Part shown: piece after piece, positions 46,830 to 55,040 of the stretch
Position numbering within the stretch: position 1 is the stretch's first letter
Layout of the letters: every line of letters begins with the position of its first letter
IMG/VR virus record: IMGVR_UViG_3300048890_000142
Location: 22,651 to 86,650 of that record
Strand: one strand, 5' to 3'
Source: a virus
Lineage: Duplodnaviria > Caudoviricetes
DNA: 64,000 nucleotides
Position numbers and translations under genes: made by a program
Notes under the pieces: generated by a model
Told to the model about the DNA's origin: nothing
Database searches by the model: none
What the model saw: only the letters and a program-made list of their open reading frames with translations

Positions 46830-47755
46830 GGGCGCTCACTCTCCTGGGTCTCTCGGGATGTGCGGAGTTCGGCGATTCGGGCCTGCACGACGTCGGCCGC
46901 CCGCGTCCAGGTGGTCACCGCAGCGACGGCGTGGCAGTCGGCCGCGTCGGTGCAGCCCGGTCCGTCGCAGTCGACGCTCTCGCCCTCTTCGACGGAGCCC
47001 GACTCGTGGTCCTCGAACCTCCTGCTGGCCCGCTCGAGGAGGCGGTCGCGGAGCTGTTCCAGCTCGTCGAGGACTCCCTCGAGCCGGGGCGTCCGCGCAC
47101 GTTCCGCGTACTCGACCGCGTTGACCCACGGCGAGTTGGAGTTGCTCCACTCTCCCAGCACCTCGGCCGGTACGAACGCCTCGGCGATCCGCGTCGCCCA
47201 CTCCTCGGCGCCCTCGCGCGCGGCCACCTCGTCCTCGAGGTCTCGCCTGAGCCGATCGCGCTCGGCAGTGACCTCGCGTAGCCGCGTCTCGAGCGCGGCA
47301 TGCTGGGGCATGGCGTACTCGTGGGGCTCCGCCGAGCGACGTTCCTCGCTCTCGCAGAGAGGGCACCGCATGGCCTGGTGATAGAACCCGTGCCGGCACG
47401 CCGCGTCACCGAGCCTCGCGCCGCGATTGGCGGCCGCGTATATCGCGTCCCGCTCCGCGCCGATCAGCGGCTCCTCCAACCTGCCGGGCGCGACGCCGGG
47501 CCAGGCCTCGATCACGCCGACCGCCCGCAGGTACTCCCGGGTCTGGAGCACCACGGCGAACTGGGCGCGCCAGTTGTCCGGAACGACGGGGCGATCCAGC
47601 TCTAGCCTCAGCATCTCGCACACGACGCGGTAGCGCTCAGAGAGCGGCGGCTCGACGCCGCCCCCGCCCGGCGGAGGAGTGCCGGGCTCACGGGCCTCGG
47701 CCCCCTCGCCGGCCGTGTACCCGCCGTCCGGGGGCGGCGCCCACTGCTGTCCCAT
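46826..47755 (-). CDS. Hypothetical multidomain coiled-coil protein
   Basis: ATGA and GTGA overlaps; heptad region LREVTAERDRLRRDLE. Confidence 0.55.
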   Translation of the reverse strand: MGQQWAPPPDGGYTAGEGAEAREPGTPPPGGGGVEPPLSERYRVVCEMLRLELDRPVVPDNWRAQFAVVLQTREYLRAVGVIEAWPGVAPGRLEEPLIGAERDAIYAAANRGARLGDAACRHGFYHQAMRCPLCESEERRSAEPHEYAMPQHAALETRLREVTAERDRLRRDLEDEVAAREGAEEWATRIAEAFVPAEVLGEWSNSNSPWVNAVEYAERARTPRLEGVLDELEQLRDRLLERASRRFEDHESGSVEEGESVDCDGPGCTDAADCHAVAAVTTWTRAADVVQARIAELRTSRETQESERP

Positions 47756-48051
47756 CAGCCCGGCACCTCCTCGATCCTCAGGTGAACGGCCTCGCCGCGG
47801 CCGGCCTCGACCTCGACTCGGTACCCATGGGGAAACTGGACGTTGAAGATGTGTCGGTGTTGGATCATGACGAGATCGGTCTTCCCGGTCCTGATCCAGC
47901 CGAGGTAGTCGCCCTCGTCGTCCTCGGTCACCAGCACGGGAACCGGCTCGACGCCGTGCATCAGCACGTATGGTTCGGACCCGACGGCCCACCAGGTTCC
48001 CCTGTTGTTGCGAGCGCCGTGCATCCGCCACTCGCGTACCTGGTCGGTCAC
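47755..48051 (-). CDS. Hypothetical protein
   Basis: Coupled overlaps. Confidence 0.6.
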   Translation of the reverse strand: MTDQVREWRMHGARNNRGTWWAVGSEPYVLMHGVEPVPVLVTEDDEGDYLGWIRTGKTDLVMIQHRHIFNVQFPHGYRVEVEAGRGEAVHLRIEEVPG

Positions 48052-48491
48052 CCCTCACCACCTCCCGCCTCGATCGCGAGGCCGAACTCGCGCTGCTCGT
48101 AGCGCTCGTACACGGTCGAGCCGTCCTCGGTGCGCATGTAGGGCAGCATGACCTGTTCGAGCGCGACCATCTCCGTGGACACGATCGCGAGCTGGGCCTC
48201 GATCCAGTCCTTGAGGATCCGCCAGGCCACGCGCTCGGCCTGCTCTCGGGTGCGGAACTTGGGGGAGACGCGTTGCCGGCACATCACCGCGAACACCTTC
48301 TCCGCGTTCACCGGAAGGACGAAGGACCGGGGACCGTAGGGCGTGACGACCTCGAAGGCGATCGCCGTCGGCCGGCCGTTTTCGCCGTACTCGGTCATGA
48401 CCGCGCGGGCTCGGCCTCGGGCGAGGACGCGCTGCACCTCGGCCGCCGTCTTCTCGACCTCGATCTGGGTCGTGTAGTTAAGGATGGGCAC
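48048..48491 (-). CDS. Conserved phage hypothetical protein
   Basis: PILNYTTQI...QAERVAWRILKDWIEAQLA...FLPY-like motif. Confidence 0.7.
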   Translation of the reverse strand: MPILNYTTQIEVEKTAAEVQRVLARGRARAVMTEYGENGRPTAIAFEVVTPYGPRSFVLPVNAEKVFAVMCRQRVSPKFRTREQAERVAWRILKDWIEAQLAIVSTEMVALEQVMLPYMRTEDGSTVYERYEQREFGLAIEAGGGEG

Positions 48492-48522
48492 GGTACCTCA
48501 CCCCGATCCGCGGGCGCCCACG

Positions 48523-49416
48523 TCAGTGTCCCGGCTGGACGATCACCGGAGAGCCGGCCGGGATCGGGATGATCTGGACCTTCCCGTCCTTGATCGCCTG
48601 GTTGATCGCCTGCTGCTGCTGGTAGGCCTGGTACCCGACGATTCCGCCGGGGAAGTTCTGCGCCGCCTGCTGGTCGACCGCCGCCGCCTGTTGGCGGAGC
48701 TCGGCCGCCTGCTTCGAGGTCAGCCCGTCCTTGAGCTGGCCGCTGATGTCCGGCTTCTGGAGCAGCACCGCGTTGATCTGGAAGAGGTCCTCGCCGAGCG
48801 TCAGGGGACGCAGGATGTTCGGCAACTGTGAGAGCACGTCGCGCTCCCACTGGGACTTCGCCGCGGTGTCGGTGTAGAGCTTCGCCCAGTCGTACTTCAG
48901 CGCCTCGTTGTCTGCGGCCCGGTCCACCGCCGCGCCGACGTAGTTGCGCAGCATCTCGTCCCAGCCCGGCTTCTTCATCTGCTGGCCGCCGTCGGTGGGC
49001 GCGACGTCGTACTTGGCCCCGATCAGCTCGTGGAACATCTGGATCCGGCCGCCGGGCCACTCCTTGCCGGTGGAGTCCTTGAACGAGGTGCAGTCCGTGT
49101 TCAGGGTGAACTTCACCGTGCCGGAGACGGAGATCTCCTGGCTGTCGTGCGTTGTGGAGGTCAGGTGCGCCGAGTCCGAGCCCTGCTGGTCGGAGAAGGT
49201 GAAGTCGCGCTGCCCGACGGGGTAGTAGTAGTGGTCGTCGTTGACGTCGTTGACCTCTCGGGTACCGGACCCGATGCACTGCACGAACTTATGCGAGTCG
49301 AAGGGGCCGCCGCCGTACTGCAGGGCGATCTCGCTGGCGGTGGTGTTGGCGATCGAGCACCCGGTCACCGTCACCAGGAGAGCGGCGACGGCGAGGGCGG
49401 TGAGTCTGGTCTTCAT
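48523..49416 (-). CDS. SPFH/band-7 domain lipoprotein
   Basis: Lipobox VTGC; YYYPVGQRDFTF, TVKFTLN, C-terminal QQQAIN.AI..GKVQIIPIP. Confidence 0.75.
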   Translation of the reverse strand: MKTRLTALAVAALLVTVTGCSIANTTASEIALQYGGGPFDSHKFVQCIGSGTREVNDVNDDHYYYPVGQRDFTFSDQQGSDSAHLTSTTHDSQEISVSGTVKFTLNTDCTSFKDSTGKEWPGGRIQMFHELIGAKYDVAPTDGGQQMKKPGWDEMLRNYVGAAVDRAADNEALKYDWAKLYTDTAAKSQWERDVLSQLPNILRPLTLGEDLFQINAVLLQKPDISGQLKDGLTSKQAAELRQQAAAVDQQAAQNFPGGIVGYQAYQQQQAINQAIKDGKVQIIPIPAGSPVIVQPGH

Positions 49417-49685
49417 CAGTTGATCTCCATTCGGTCGGTCTTCAGTTCCCGTACGACGCGTCGGACGTCGGTGGCCAGCACCGAGTCGATGTCGCGGTAG
49501 AGGTCGGCCCTCTCCTCGATCTCCAGCAGCGCGCGGGCCATCAGGTCGCGCTCCCTCTTCATCCGGGCGAACTCGCGCCGGCGGACTCCGGCCCGACGCC
49601 CCAGGTACCAGGTGATCAGCCACGCTGCGGCGATCACGCCGAGCAGAACCACGCCGACGACCAGCGCCGCCGCCCTCGGGTTCAC
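49416..49685 (-). CDS. TM plus coiled-coil protein
   Basis: N-terminal TM; coupled to the SPFH gene. Confidence 0.65.
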   Translation of the reverse strand: MNPRAAALVVGVVLLGVIAAAWLITWYLGRRAGVRRREFARMKRERDLMARALLEIEERADLYRDIDSVLATDVRRVVRELKTDRMEIN

Positions 49686-49936
49686 CTCGACCCCTCCCTC
49701 TCTCGCACCCTAGACAGGCCGGCCAGCGAGACCAGCGCCCACGATCCCTCCAGCAGCAGGAACCCCCACTCCTTGTCGGCCCCGGCGAGGACCGCGAGTA
49801 TCCCGCCGCCGACGAGGTTCATCGTCAGGTAGGTGAGCGAGGAGTCCGACAGGCGCCGGGCCTGGGCGAGCGCGTAGGCCGAGAGGACCAGCAGGGCGCC
49901 GGCGACCTGGAGGACCTGGGCGAGCGCGCCGGTCAC
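49682..49936 (-). CDS. CBU_0592-like small membrane protein (PQ-loop/SWEET-like, 3 TM)
   Basis: GALLVLSAY...SLTYLTMNLVG..ILAV......FLLLEGSWALVSL. Confidence 0.65.
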   Translation of the reverse strand: MTGALAQVLQVAGALLVLSAYALAQARRLSDSSLTYLTMNLVGGGILAVLAGADKEWGFLLLEGSWALVSLAGLSRVREREGSR

Positions 49937-50310
49937 GAGCTCACGTCCTCGGTGGTGTGGGTCTCGAGATAACGCAGCCACGCGTCGCGGAGCTCGTCGT
50001 AGAGACTCGTCTCGTCGTCCTCCCCGTCGAAAACCCTCTCCTGTTCGGCGAACGATACGTCGAAGCCGGCGAGGTAGACCGGGTCGTCTTCCTCGCTAGG
50101 GGGGCGGTCGTAAGGGTCAAACCCGAGGATTCGCATCGCCTTGAAGAAGGTCTCGCCCATGGACAGGGCGGCGACGCACCAGGCGTGGTTCTCCATCCGG
50201 AGCAGCTTGCCGGCTCCTCGCACCCGGTCGCGCCATCCCGCGGGCGCGTTCTCGTCCAGCAGGGCCGCGCCCCTGCGGACCCGCTCGTCCAGGGTCAGTT
50301 CGTCGGTCAC
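49933..50310 (-). CDS. Hypothetical protein
   Basis: ERVRRGAALLDE..PGW; GAGGAGG RBS. Confidence 0.65.
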   Translation of the reverse strand: MTDELTLDERVRRGAALLDENAPAGWRDRVRGAGKLLRMENHAWCVAALSMGETFFKAMRILGFDPYDRPPSEEDDPVYLAGFDVSFAEQERVFDGEDDETSLYDELRDAWLRYLETHTTEDVSS

Positions 50311-50416
50311 TCGGTGCCTCCTCGGTCCCTCGTTCGGTGGTCTGCTGACGGGAGTGCCGGCCGATCTTGCCTCCGACCGGCGCGTCCGCCCACGGAGCAA
50401 GACGGACCTCCCTCGT

Positions 50417-50619
50417 GAGCTGGTGCGGATTCGAACCGCGTCCTCCGCTTTGGGCGACGGCCGGATCCATCCCCGGCCCCTTCCGACTCGTCCCGGATCC
50501 GCGCCCTCCATGGCGGTACGCGGTAGCCGGATTGACGGCGCGAGGCTCGTACGAGCCCCCGCCGCCCGTGGTCGGGGAGGGATTCGAACCCTCCCTGGTC
50601 CCCACTCGAGGGGGGACCA
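50417..50619 (-). ncRNA. Two tRNA T-arm/acceptor-strand modules (tRNA-like fragments)
   Basis: GAGGG-TTCGAAT-CCCTC-CCCGACC-A and GCGG-TTCGAAT-CCGC-A-CCAGCTC-A in a ~425-nt intergenic gap. Confidence 0.5.
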
Positions 50620-50736
50620 CGCCGCCTCGGTTCCCGATGTCCCCGGGAGCCGCGACGCCCGCGCGACCTCGCCGCACCTACGGTACGGCGATCCAGTTCT
50701 GACCGTCGATCACTGACTAGAACACCTCCCTCCGCG

Positions 50737-51021
50737 CTACTTCTGGGGGCAGGTCGGGTCCTTCGGCACCACCGCGACCGCGCCGTAGGGCGAGTCACCG
50801 TGGTAGAGGAAGTACAGCCGGTTACCGTGGTCGCACTTGGTGGACGCGTTGGAGAACCCGTCGGCGTCGGTGATGATGTCCACCGGGTCGCTGTTGACCA
50901 CCTTCGTGCGGTCCGAGTCCTGGAACGGCTGGGTGTACTTGTTGCCGCAGCCCGCGAGCAGCCCGACCGCGAGTGCGATCCCCGCACCGGCGACGACGAT
51001 CTTCCTGACGAGTCCGTCCAC
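50737..51021 (-). CDS. Lipoprotein
   Basis: Lipobox LAGC; DGFSNASTKCDHGNRLY. Confidence 0.7.
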   Translation of the reverse strand: MDGLVRKIVVAGAGIALAVGLLAGCGNKYTQPFQDSDRTKVVNSDPVDIITDADGFSNASTKCDHGNRLYFLYHGDSPYGAVAVVPKDPTCPQK

Positions 51022-51044
51022 GTCCTCCCTCTCCTTCGTTCGAC

Positions 51045-51362
51045 TTACCGACCGGTCATCCGGTCGGCCCGACTCAGCAGCTCGACGATGTCGGCGTCCG
51101 CGCCCGGCTCCGCGGAGCGGGCGAGCCGCTCGCGCAGGTGCTCGGCCAGTTGCTGGAGGCTGCCGGTGCGGAGCTGCTCGGCCGACTCGACGTACTCGAA
51201 CGGCCTCGGACACGAGCAGCCGCTGTCGTCGGCCCAGTACAGCCGACCCTCGGCGTCGACCCAGACGGCGGTGAGGTCGAACCAGCTCGGAGAGTCCCAG
51301 CTTATTTGGCCGACGCATTCCAGCCCGAAATTCTCGGACGAGTCGTAGACGCTCGATCTCAT
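51045..51362 (-). CDS. Conserved phage protein (DUF7574-like)
   Basis: SWFDLTAVW.D..G..YWADDSGCSCPRPFE. Confidence 0.65.
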   Translation of the reverse strand: MRSSVYDSSENFGLECVGQISWDSPSWFDLTAVWVDAEGRLYWADDSGCSCPRPFEYVESAEQLRTGSLQQLAEHLRERLARSAEPGADADIVELLSRADRMTGR

Positions 51363-51398
51363 CTCCCGCACTCCCTCCGGTCGTCGTTCGAGGTCTGT

Positions 51399-51428
51399 AG
51401 ATTACTCCAGAGCACCGCCCCCGGTCAA
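51399..51428 (-). promoter_or_regulatory. SigA-type promoter
   Basis: TTGACC-18 nt-TAATCT. Confidence 0.75.
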
Positions 51429-51526
51429 GTCCCTCTGGAAGGGGCGGAACCGGTGACCCCTCGGCGCGAGCCACCGCGCCGCGGACCGCCGGCCCCCTAT
51501 CCCCATACCCACCTCGCGGTGAGTCC

Positions 51527-51712
51527 CTACGCGCTCGGCCGCCAGTTCCGGGCGAAGTTCACCAGGCCGACGAGCGACGCGCTGAGCGTCGGCCCCGACC
51601 TGTTCTTCGAGTCGCGCACCAGGCTGCTCCCGCTGTGCAGCTCGACGCACTTGTCGTTGTGGACGACGGTACGGCTGGCCCTGCGCCAGCCCGTCTGCGG
51701 AACGGCGGTCAC
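51527..51712 (-). CDS. DUF397 protein
   Basis: WRRASR...CVEL...VRDSKNRSGPTL. Confidence 0.8.
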   Translation of the reverse strand: MTAVPQTGWRRASRTVVHNDKCVELHSGSSLVRDSKNRSGPTLSASLVGLVNFARNWRPSA

Positions 51713-51900
51713 GCGGCCACCGTCCGGACCAGCGCGGCGACCGCCTCACGGGACAAGTGGAGCACCGGCCCCCGGTCACCGTCCTTCGAGTCGCGCACCG
51801 CGTCCAGGTCGCCCGGCAGGAACACGCAGTTGTTGACGCGCTCGCTCCGGCTGGACTTGCGCCAGCTCCTACCGTTCCCGAAGTCCCTCGTAGTACCCAT
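51709..51900 (-). CDS. DUF397 protein
   Basis: WRKSSRS...NCV...AVRDSKD..GPVL. Confidence 0.85.
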   Translation of the reverse strand: MGTTRDFGNGRSWRKSSRSERVNNCVFLPGDLDAVRDSKDGDRGPVLHLSREAVAALVRTVAA

Positions 51901-52025
51901 TGGCTAACCGCCTCCCGTCTCGTCGGCGGGGCCCCGGCCCCCGCCCGGTCGGGTCCCGCACCGTCCCGCGCCGGGAACCGGGGTCCCGACGCCATCCTGC
52001 CCGAGTCGGTCGCGACTGGGCCAGG

Positions 52026-52517
52026 TCACTGGACCACCCGGGTAGCCCAGGCGTCCTCCATGCCGTCGTCGTAGCCGGCTGCCTGGGCCAGCGCTCGGGC
52101 CGACGGGGTGGTCAGGTAGACCTCGCCGTCGCGGCGCCGGGTGTAGCGCTCCACCACCTCGTGCGGGGTGCGGGCGCGCTCCACGGTCACCAGGTGGTGC
52201 TCGTCGGGGACCAGCGACACGCCGACGTTGTAGATCAGGTAGCCGGTGCCGTCGGTCAGCTTGAATATGCGGGTCTCGAACCAGCGGCAGGCCCCGCACC
52301 GGCCGCCCCGCTCGGCGAACTCGCCGGCGTGGTCCTTGTGCGTGCGGTGCTCGGAGGAGCCGAGGCCGATGAAGCGGCCCTCGATCACGAGGTCGCCGAC
52401 CTCGTCGTCGTCCCGGCCGGGAGGCAGCTCCCAGCGGCCCACCTCGTTGAGCTCTTCCTCCATCGGGAGCTCGTCGAGGTCCAGCTCGCGCGGTTGCGCG
52501 CGGTTCGTCGTACCCAT
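52026..52517 (-). CDS. Hypothetical protein (H..H..CxxC)
   Basis: GGAAGG RBS; HKDH...RCGACRWFE. Confidence 0.6.
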   Translation of the reverse strand: MGTTNRAQPRELDLDELPMEEELNEVGRWELPPGRDDDEVGDLVIEGRFIGLGSSEHRTHKDHAGEFAERGGRCGACRWFETRIFKLTDGTGYLIYNVGVSLVPDEHHLVTVERARTPHEVVERYTRRRDGEVYLTTPSARALAQAAGYDDGMEDAWATRVVQ

Positions 52518-52590
52518 GGTCAGGTCACCCTTCCTTCCGTCGATCGTCCGGTCTGCATTCGCTCGTCGCCAGGATAGCATCCTCGCTCGG

Positions 52591-52968
52591 TCACGTGGTC
52601 GGTCTCTGGGCTCGCTCGAGCCGCCTGTTGGCGATCTCCACTTGGATCCGGAGCTCCTCGACCAGGTCGTTCAGCCGCCGGTTCTCGGCGTCTCGGCACT
52701 CGAGTCGCTCCTGCATTGTCCGGATCGTCAGGAACGCCGGGTTCCGTCGCTCCTCGATCGCCTGGCGGACGTACACCGCCGCGTCCAGCAACTCCGCGTA
52801 GAGGTCCCGCAGCGCGTCGCGCCCGTTGTGCGGCTGCAGCGGGGTGCCGTACCGCTTGGTACCCAGCGCCTTGCGGCCGGCCAGGTCGGCGGCCACGAGG
52901 TCGTGGATCGCCGGCTGGTCGTCGTGGACGACGGGTAGGGGCTGGTCGCCGGGTCGCTGGCGGGTCAC
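52591..52968 (-). CDS. Probable all-alpha NTP pyrophosphatase (MazG-like) plus coiled coil
   Basis: GTKRYGTPLQPHNGRDALRDLYAELLDAAVY (ExxD). Confidence 0.5.
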   Translation of the reverse strand: MTRQRPGDQPLPVVHDDQPAIHDLVAADLAGRKALGTKRYGTPLQPHNGRDALRDLYAELLDAAVYVRQAIEERRNPAFLTIRTMQERLECRDAENRRLNDLVEELRIQVEIANRRLERAQRPTT

Positions 52969-53231
52969 GGCTCGGCCCTCGCCGGCGGCTCGGCGTGCGG
53001 GAGGTGGCCGAGCTGAGCCAGGCACCGGCACCCGTCGACCGGGCCCCAGGACGGGCACGTCGAGTTCGCCCCGGCGCGCCGGCACCCGCAGGGCTCGTTC
53101 CACCAGGTCTCGCCGCACCCGCACCGCTCGCCGTCGTGATAGCCGATGATCGACTTCCGGCACCGGTCGCAGACGAGGTACGGGTCGGCGAACTGCACGT
53201 AGGCGTGCGTGCGGGCGTGCGTGGCGGCCAC
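52965..53231 (-). CDS. Cys-rich small protein
   Basis: CDRC, CGC, CGC, CP..DGCRC. Confidence 0.6.
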   Translation of the reverse strand: MAATHARTHAYVQFADPYLVCDRCRKSIIGYHDGERCGCGETWWNEPCGCRRAGANSTCPSWGPVDGCRCLAQLGHLPHAEPPARAEP

Positions 53232-53234
53232 GTC

Positions 53235-53480
53235 CTACTCCGGTGGGTGCGGGTCGGCGACGTGACCCGAGAGCTGGGTCCGGGCGACCGCGGCGTTGGA
53301 GTGCATGCAGGCGAGGTCCAGCGCCTCGATCGCCAGCTCGAACTCGCGGCAGACCGGGACGAACCGGGAGAGCTCCTCGGCGGCGCGCAGGCAGGTCGCG
53401 CGGACCCGCTCGTGGGCCGCGGCGACGTCGCTCGTCGACGGCGGGTGGTGGGCGAAGCGCTCGTGGATCGGGGTGTTCAC
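53235..53480 (-). CDS. Acb2/Tad1-related helical-hairpin protein (DUF7681-like)
   Basis: FAHHPP...HERVRATC...VPVCREFELAIEALDLACMHSNAAVAR. Confidence 0.6.
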   Translation of the reverse strand: MNTPIHERFAHHPPSTSDVAAAHERVRATCLRAAEELSRFVPVCREFELAIEALDLACMHSNAAVARTQLSGHVADPHPPE

Positions 53481-53713
53481 GGGTCGGTCTCCTCGGTATC
53501 GAAGGTGATCGCGGTCTCGGTGGTCTCGGGCCAGTCTCCCGGCAGGTACACGTCGACGACGCGCCGACGGCGGCGCGGTCGCCAGGCCACCTCCTCGGCG
53601 CGGGACTTGCTGATCATCCTCCAGCCCCCGGAGGAGGAATATTCCCAGAGCCCCGCGACCGGCACGGTGAAGCGTTGCCCGGGGAAGCGCGGATCCTCGA
53701 CCCCGGCGCTCAC
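53477..53713 (-). CDS. Hypothetical protein
   Basis: Coupled overlaps. Confidence 0.5.
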   Translation of the reverse strand: MSAGVEDPRFPGQRFTVPVAGLWEYSSSGGWRMISKSRAEEVAWRPRRRRRVVDVYLPGDWPETTETAITFDTEETDP

Positions 53714-54123
53714 CGGCAGCGCTCCCCGTAGCCGTCGCAGTACGGGTCCTGCTCGGGATCGTGGGAGGAGCCTCGGGGAGCGCGGTGCGCGTGCGGCCGA
53801 ATTCCGGAGTCCTGCTGGTAGAGCTGCTGTTCGAGCAGCCGGATGGCGCGCAGGAAGTCCAAGACGTCGTGGGTCTCCAGGTGGGCACGGACCTCGCGCT
53901 CCAGCGCCTCGCCGCGCTCACGGGAGGCCTGGCTGATCGCCGCGTCGACGAGCGCTCGAGCGGCGTTCTGGTGCGGACCGGGAACCATCGCCGTCGCCAC
54001 GGTCGCCCGGTCGACGCGGAGGGCGACGTCCGCGGTCACCTGTTCCCTCATGGTCCAGAGACACTCGGGCAGCGGGCACGCGTAGACCGTGATGCCGAAG
54101 CCGAGGTCGTCCGGGGGCCTCAC
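53710..54123 (-). CDS. Hypothetical protein
   Basis: ACPLPECLW..REHL-like; GTGA overlap. Confidence 0.5.
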   Translation of the reverse strand: MRPPDDLGFGITVYACPLPECLWTMREQVTADVALRVDRATVATAMVPGPHQNAARALVDAAISQASRERGEALEREVRAHLETHDVLDFLRAIRLLEQQLYQQDSGIRPHAHRAPRGSSHDPEQDPYCDGYGERCR

Positions 54124-54260
54124 TTGCCGGCCCCGCAGGACGCGGGTGGCCAGTCCTTGACTAGGACCAGCAGCGTCAGGAAGACCAGCGGCACCAGCCA
54201 GCGGGCGCGCAGCCGCAGCGCCCACAGCCAGGGGCTCGCCGCCTCAGTCGGTCGTACCAT
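54120..54260 (-). CDS. Small membrane protein (46 aa; absent from the ORF track)
   Basis: GGAGG RBS; WLVPLVFLTLLVLV. Confidence 0.45.
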   Translation of the reverse strand: MVRPTEAASPWLWALRLRARWLVPLVFLTLLVLVKDWPPASCGAGK

Positions 54261-54450
54261 CTCCGCCTCCTTCCGACGTCCAGGCCCAACTAGGGCACCG
54301 GTGGCAGCCCCGCCTTCCGAGATCCAGCGTCGGGTCCTTCCGGACGCACGCCCGGCAGTCCCAGATGTGGCCGGGGTGCAGGTGCTCCTCGTTCCAGTAG
54401 TCGTCGCCGATCGGCACGTGCCTCGGCCGGTGCGGCATCTCAGACAGCAT
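54244..54450 (-). CDS. Small His/Cys protein
   Basis: HPGHIWDCRAC..GCHRC. Confidence 0.5.
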   Translation of the reverse strand: MLSEMPHRPRHVPIGDDYWNEEHLHPGHIWDCRACVRKDPTLDLGRRGCHRCPSWAWTSEGGGDGTTD

Positions 54451-54773
54451 CACCCGCCGCCTTCCTCGGGTTCGTCGCTCGCGACGAACCACACCCCGGC
54501 TCGGCCGCGCATCTCGTCCCGGACCCAGGCACGCCGGCCGCCCTCGTAGCCGTCCCGAAACCAGCCCACCTCGGGGCGCGTCGCGTGCTCGAGGCCGTAC
54601 CAGGCCACGCAGGCCGACGCGGCCAGCGCGCGGGCGCGCTCGACGTCGTGCGTGCCGAGCACCACCGCGCCGTGCTCGAGGTCGTACCCGTCCTCACCCC
54701 AGGCGTGCGCGACGACCTTCTGCGGGCGGTAGACGCGGCCGTCCGGACGGGTGATCGGGGGAAGGTCGGTCAT
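54450..54773 (-). CDS. Conserved actinophage hypothetical protein
   Basis: ITRPDGRVYRPQK...VLGTHDVERA...GWFRDGY. Confidence 0.6.
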   Translation of the reverse strand: MTDLPPITRPDGRVYRPQKVVAHAWGEDGYDLEHGAVVLGTHDVERARALAASACVAWYGLEHATRPEVGWFRDGYEGGRRAWVRDEMRGRAGVWFVASDEPEEGGG

Positions 54774-55039
54774 CGCTGCCTCCTCCGCAGTTGGTCGTAG
54801 AGAGGCGCCGTCCTGGCCCTGGCCTCCAGCGAGCGAATCAGCCACTCATGGGTCTGCTCAACGGACTCTGCTCCGGTGGCCGCGAGCGCGCCGCTCCAGG
54901 TGTAGGCGGAGTACCGGTCGGCACGGGTGGACTGCCTGACTACTGCGCCGTGCCTGCACGCCTTCCGGACGTAGGGAAAATTCCCGCCGAACACGCGAAC
55001 CGCACGCCGAGCGACCCTCAGAGAGTCCCGGACGTCCAT
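54770..55039 (-). CDS. Hypothetical basic protein
   Basis: Coupled overlaps. Confidence 0.5.
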   Translation of the reverse strand: MDVRDSLRVARRAVRVFGGNFPYVRKACRHGAVVRQSTRADRYSAYTWSGALAATGAESVEQTHEWLIRSLEARARTAPLYDQLRRRQR

Positions 55040-55040
55040 C

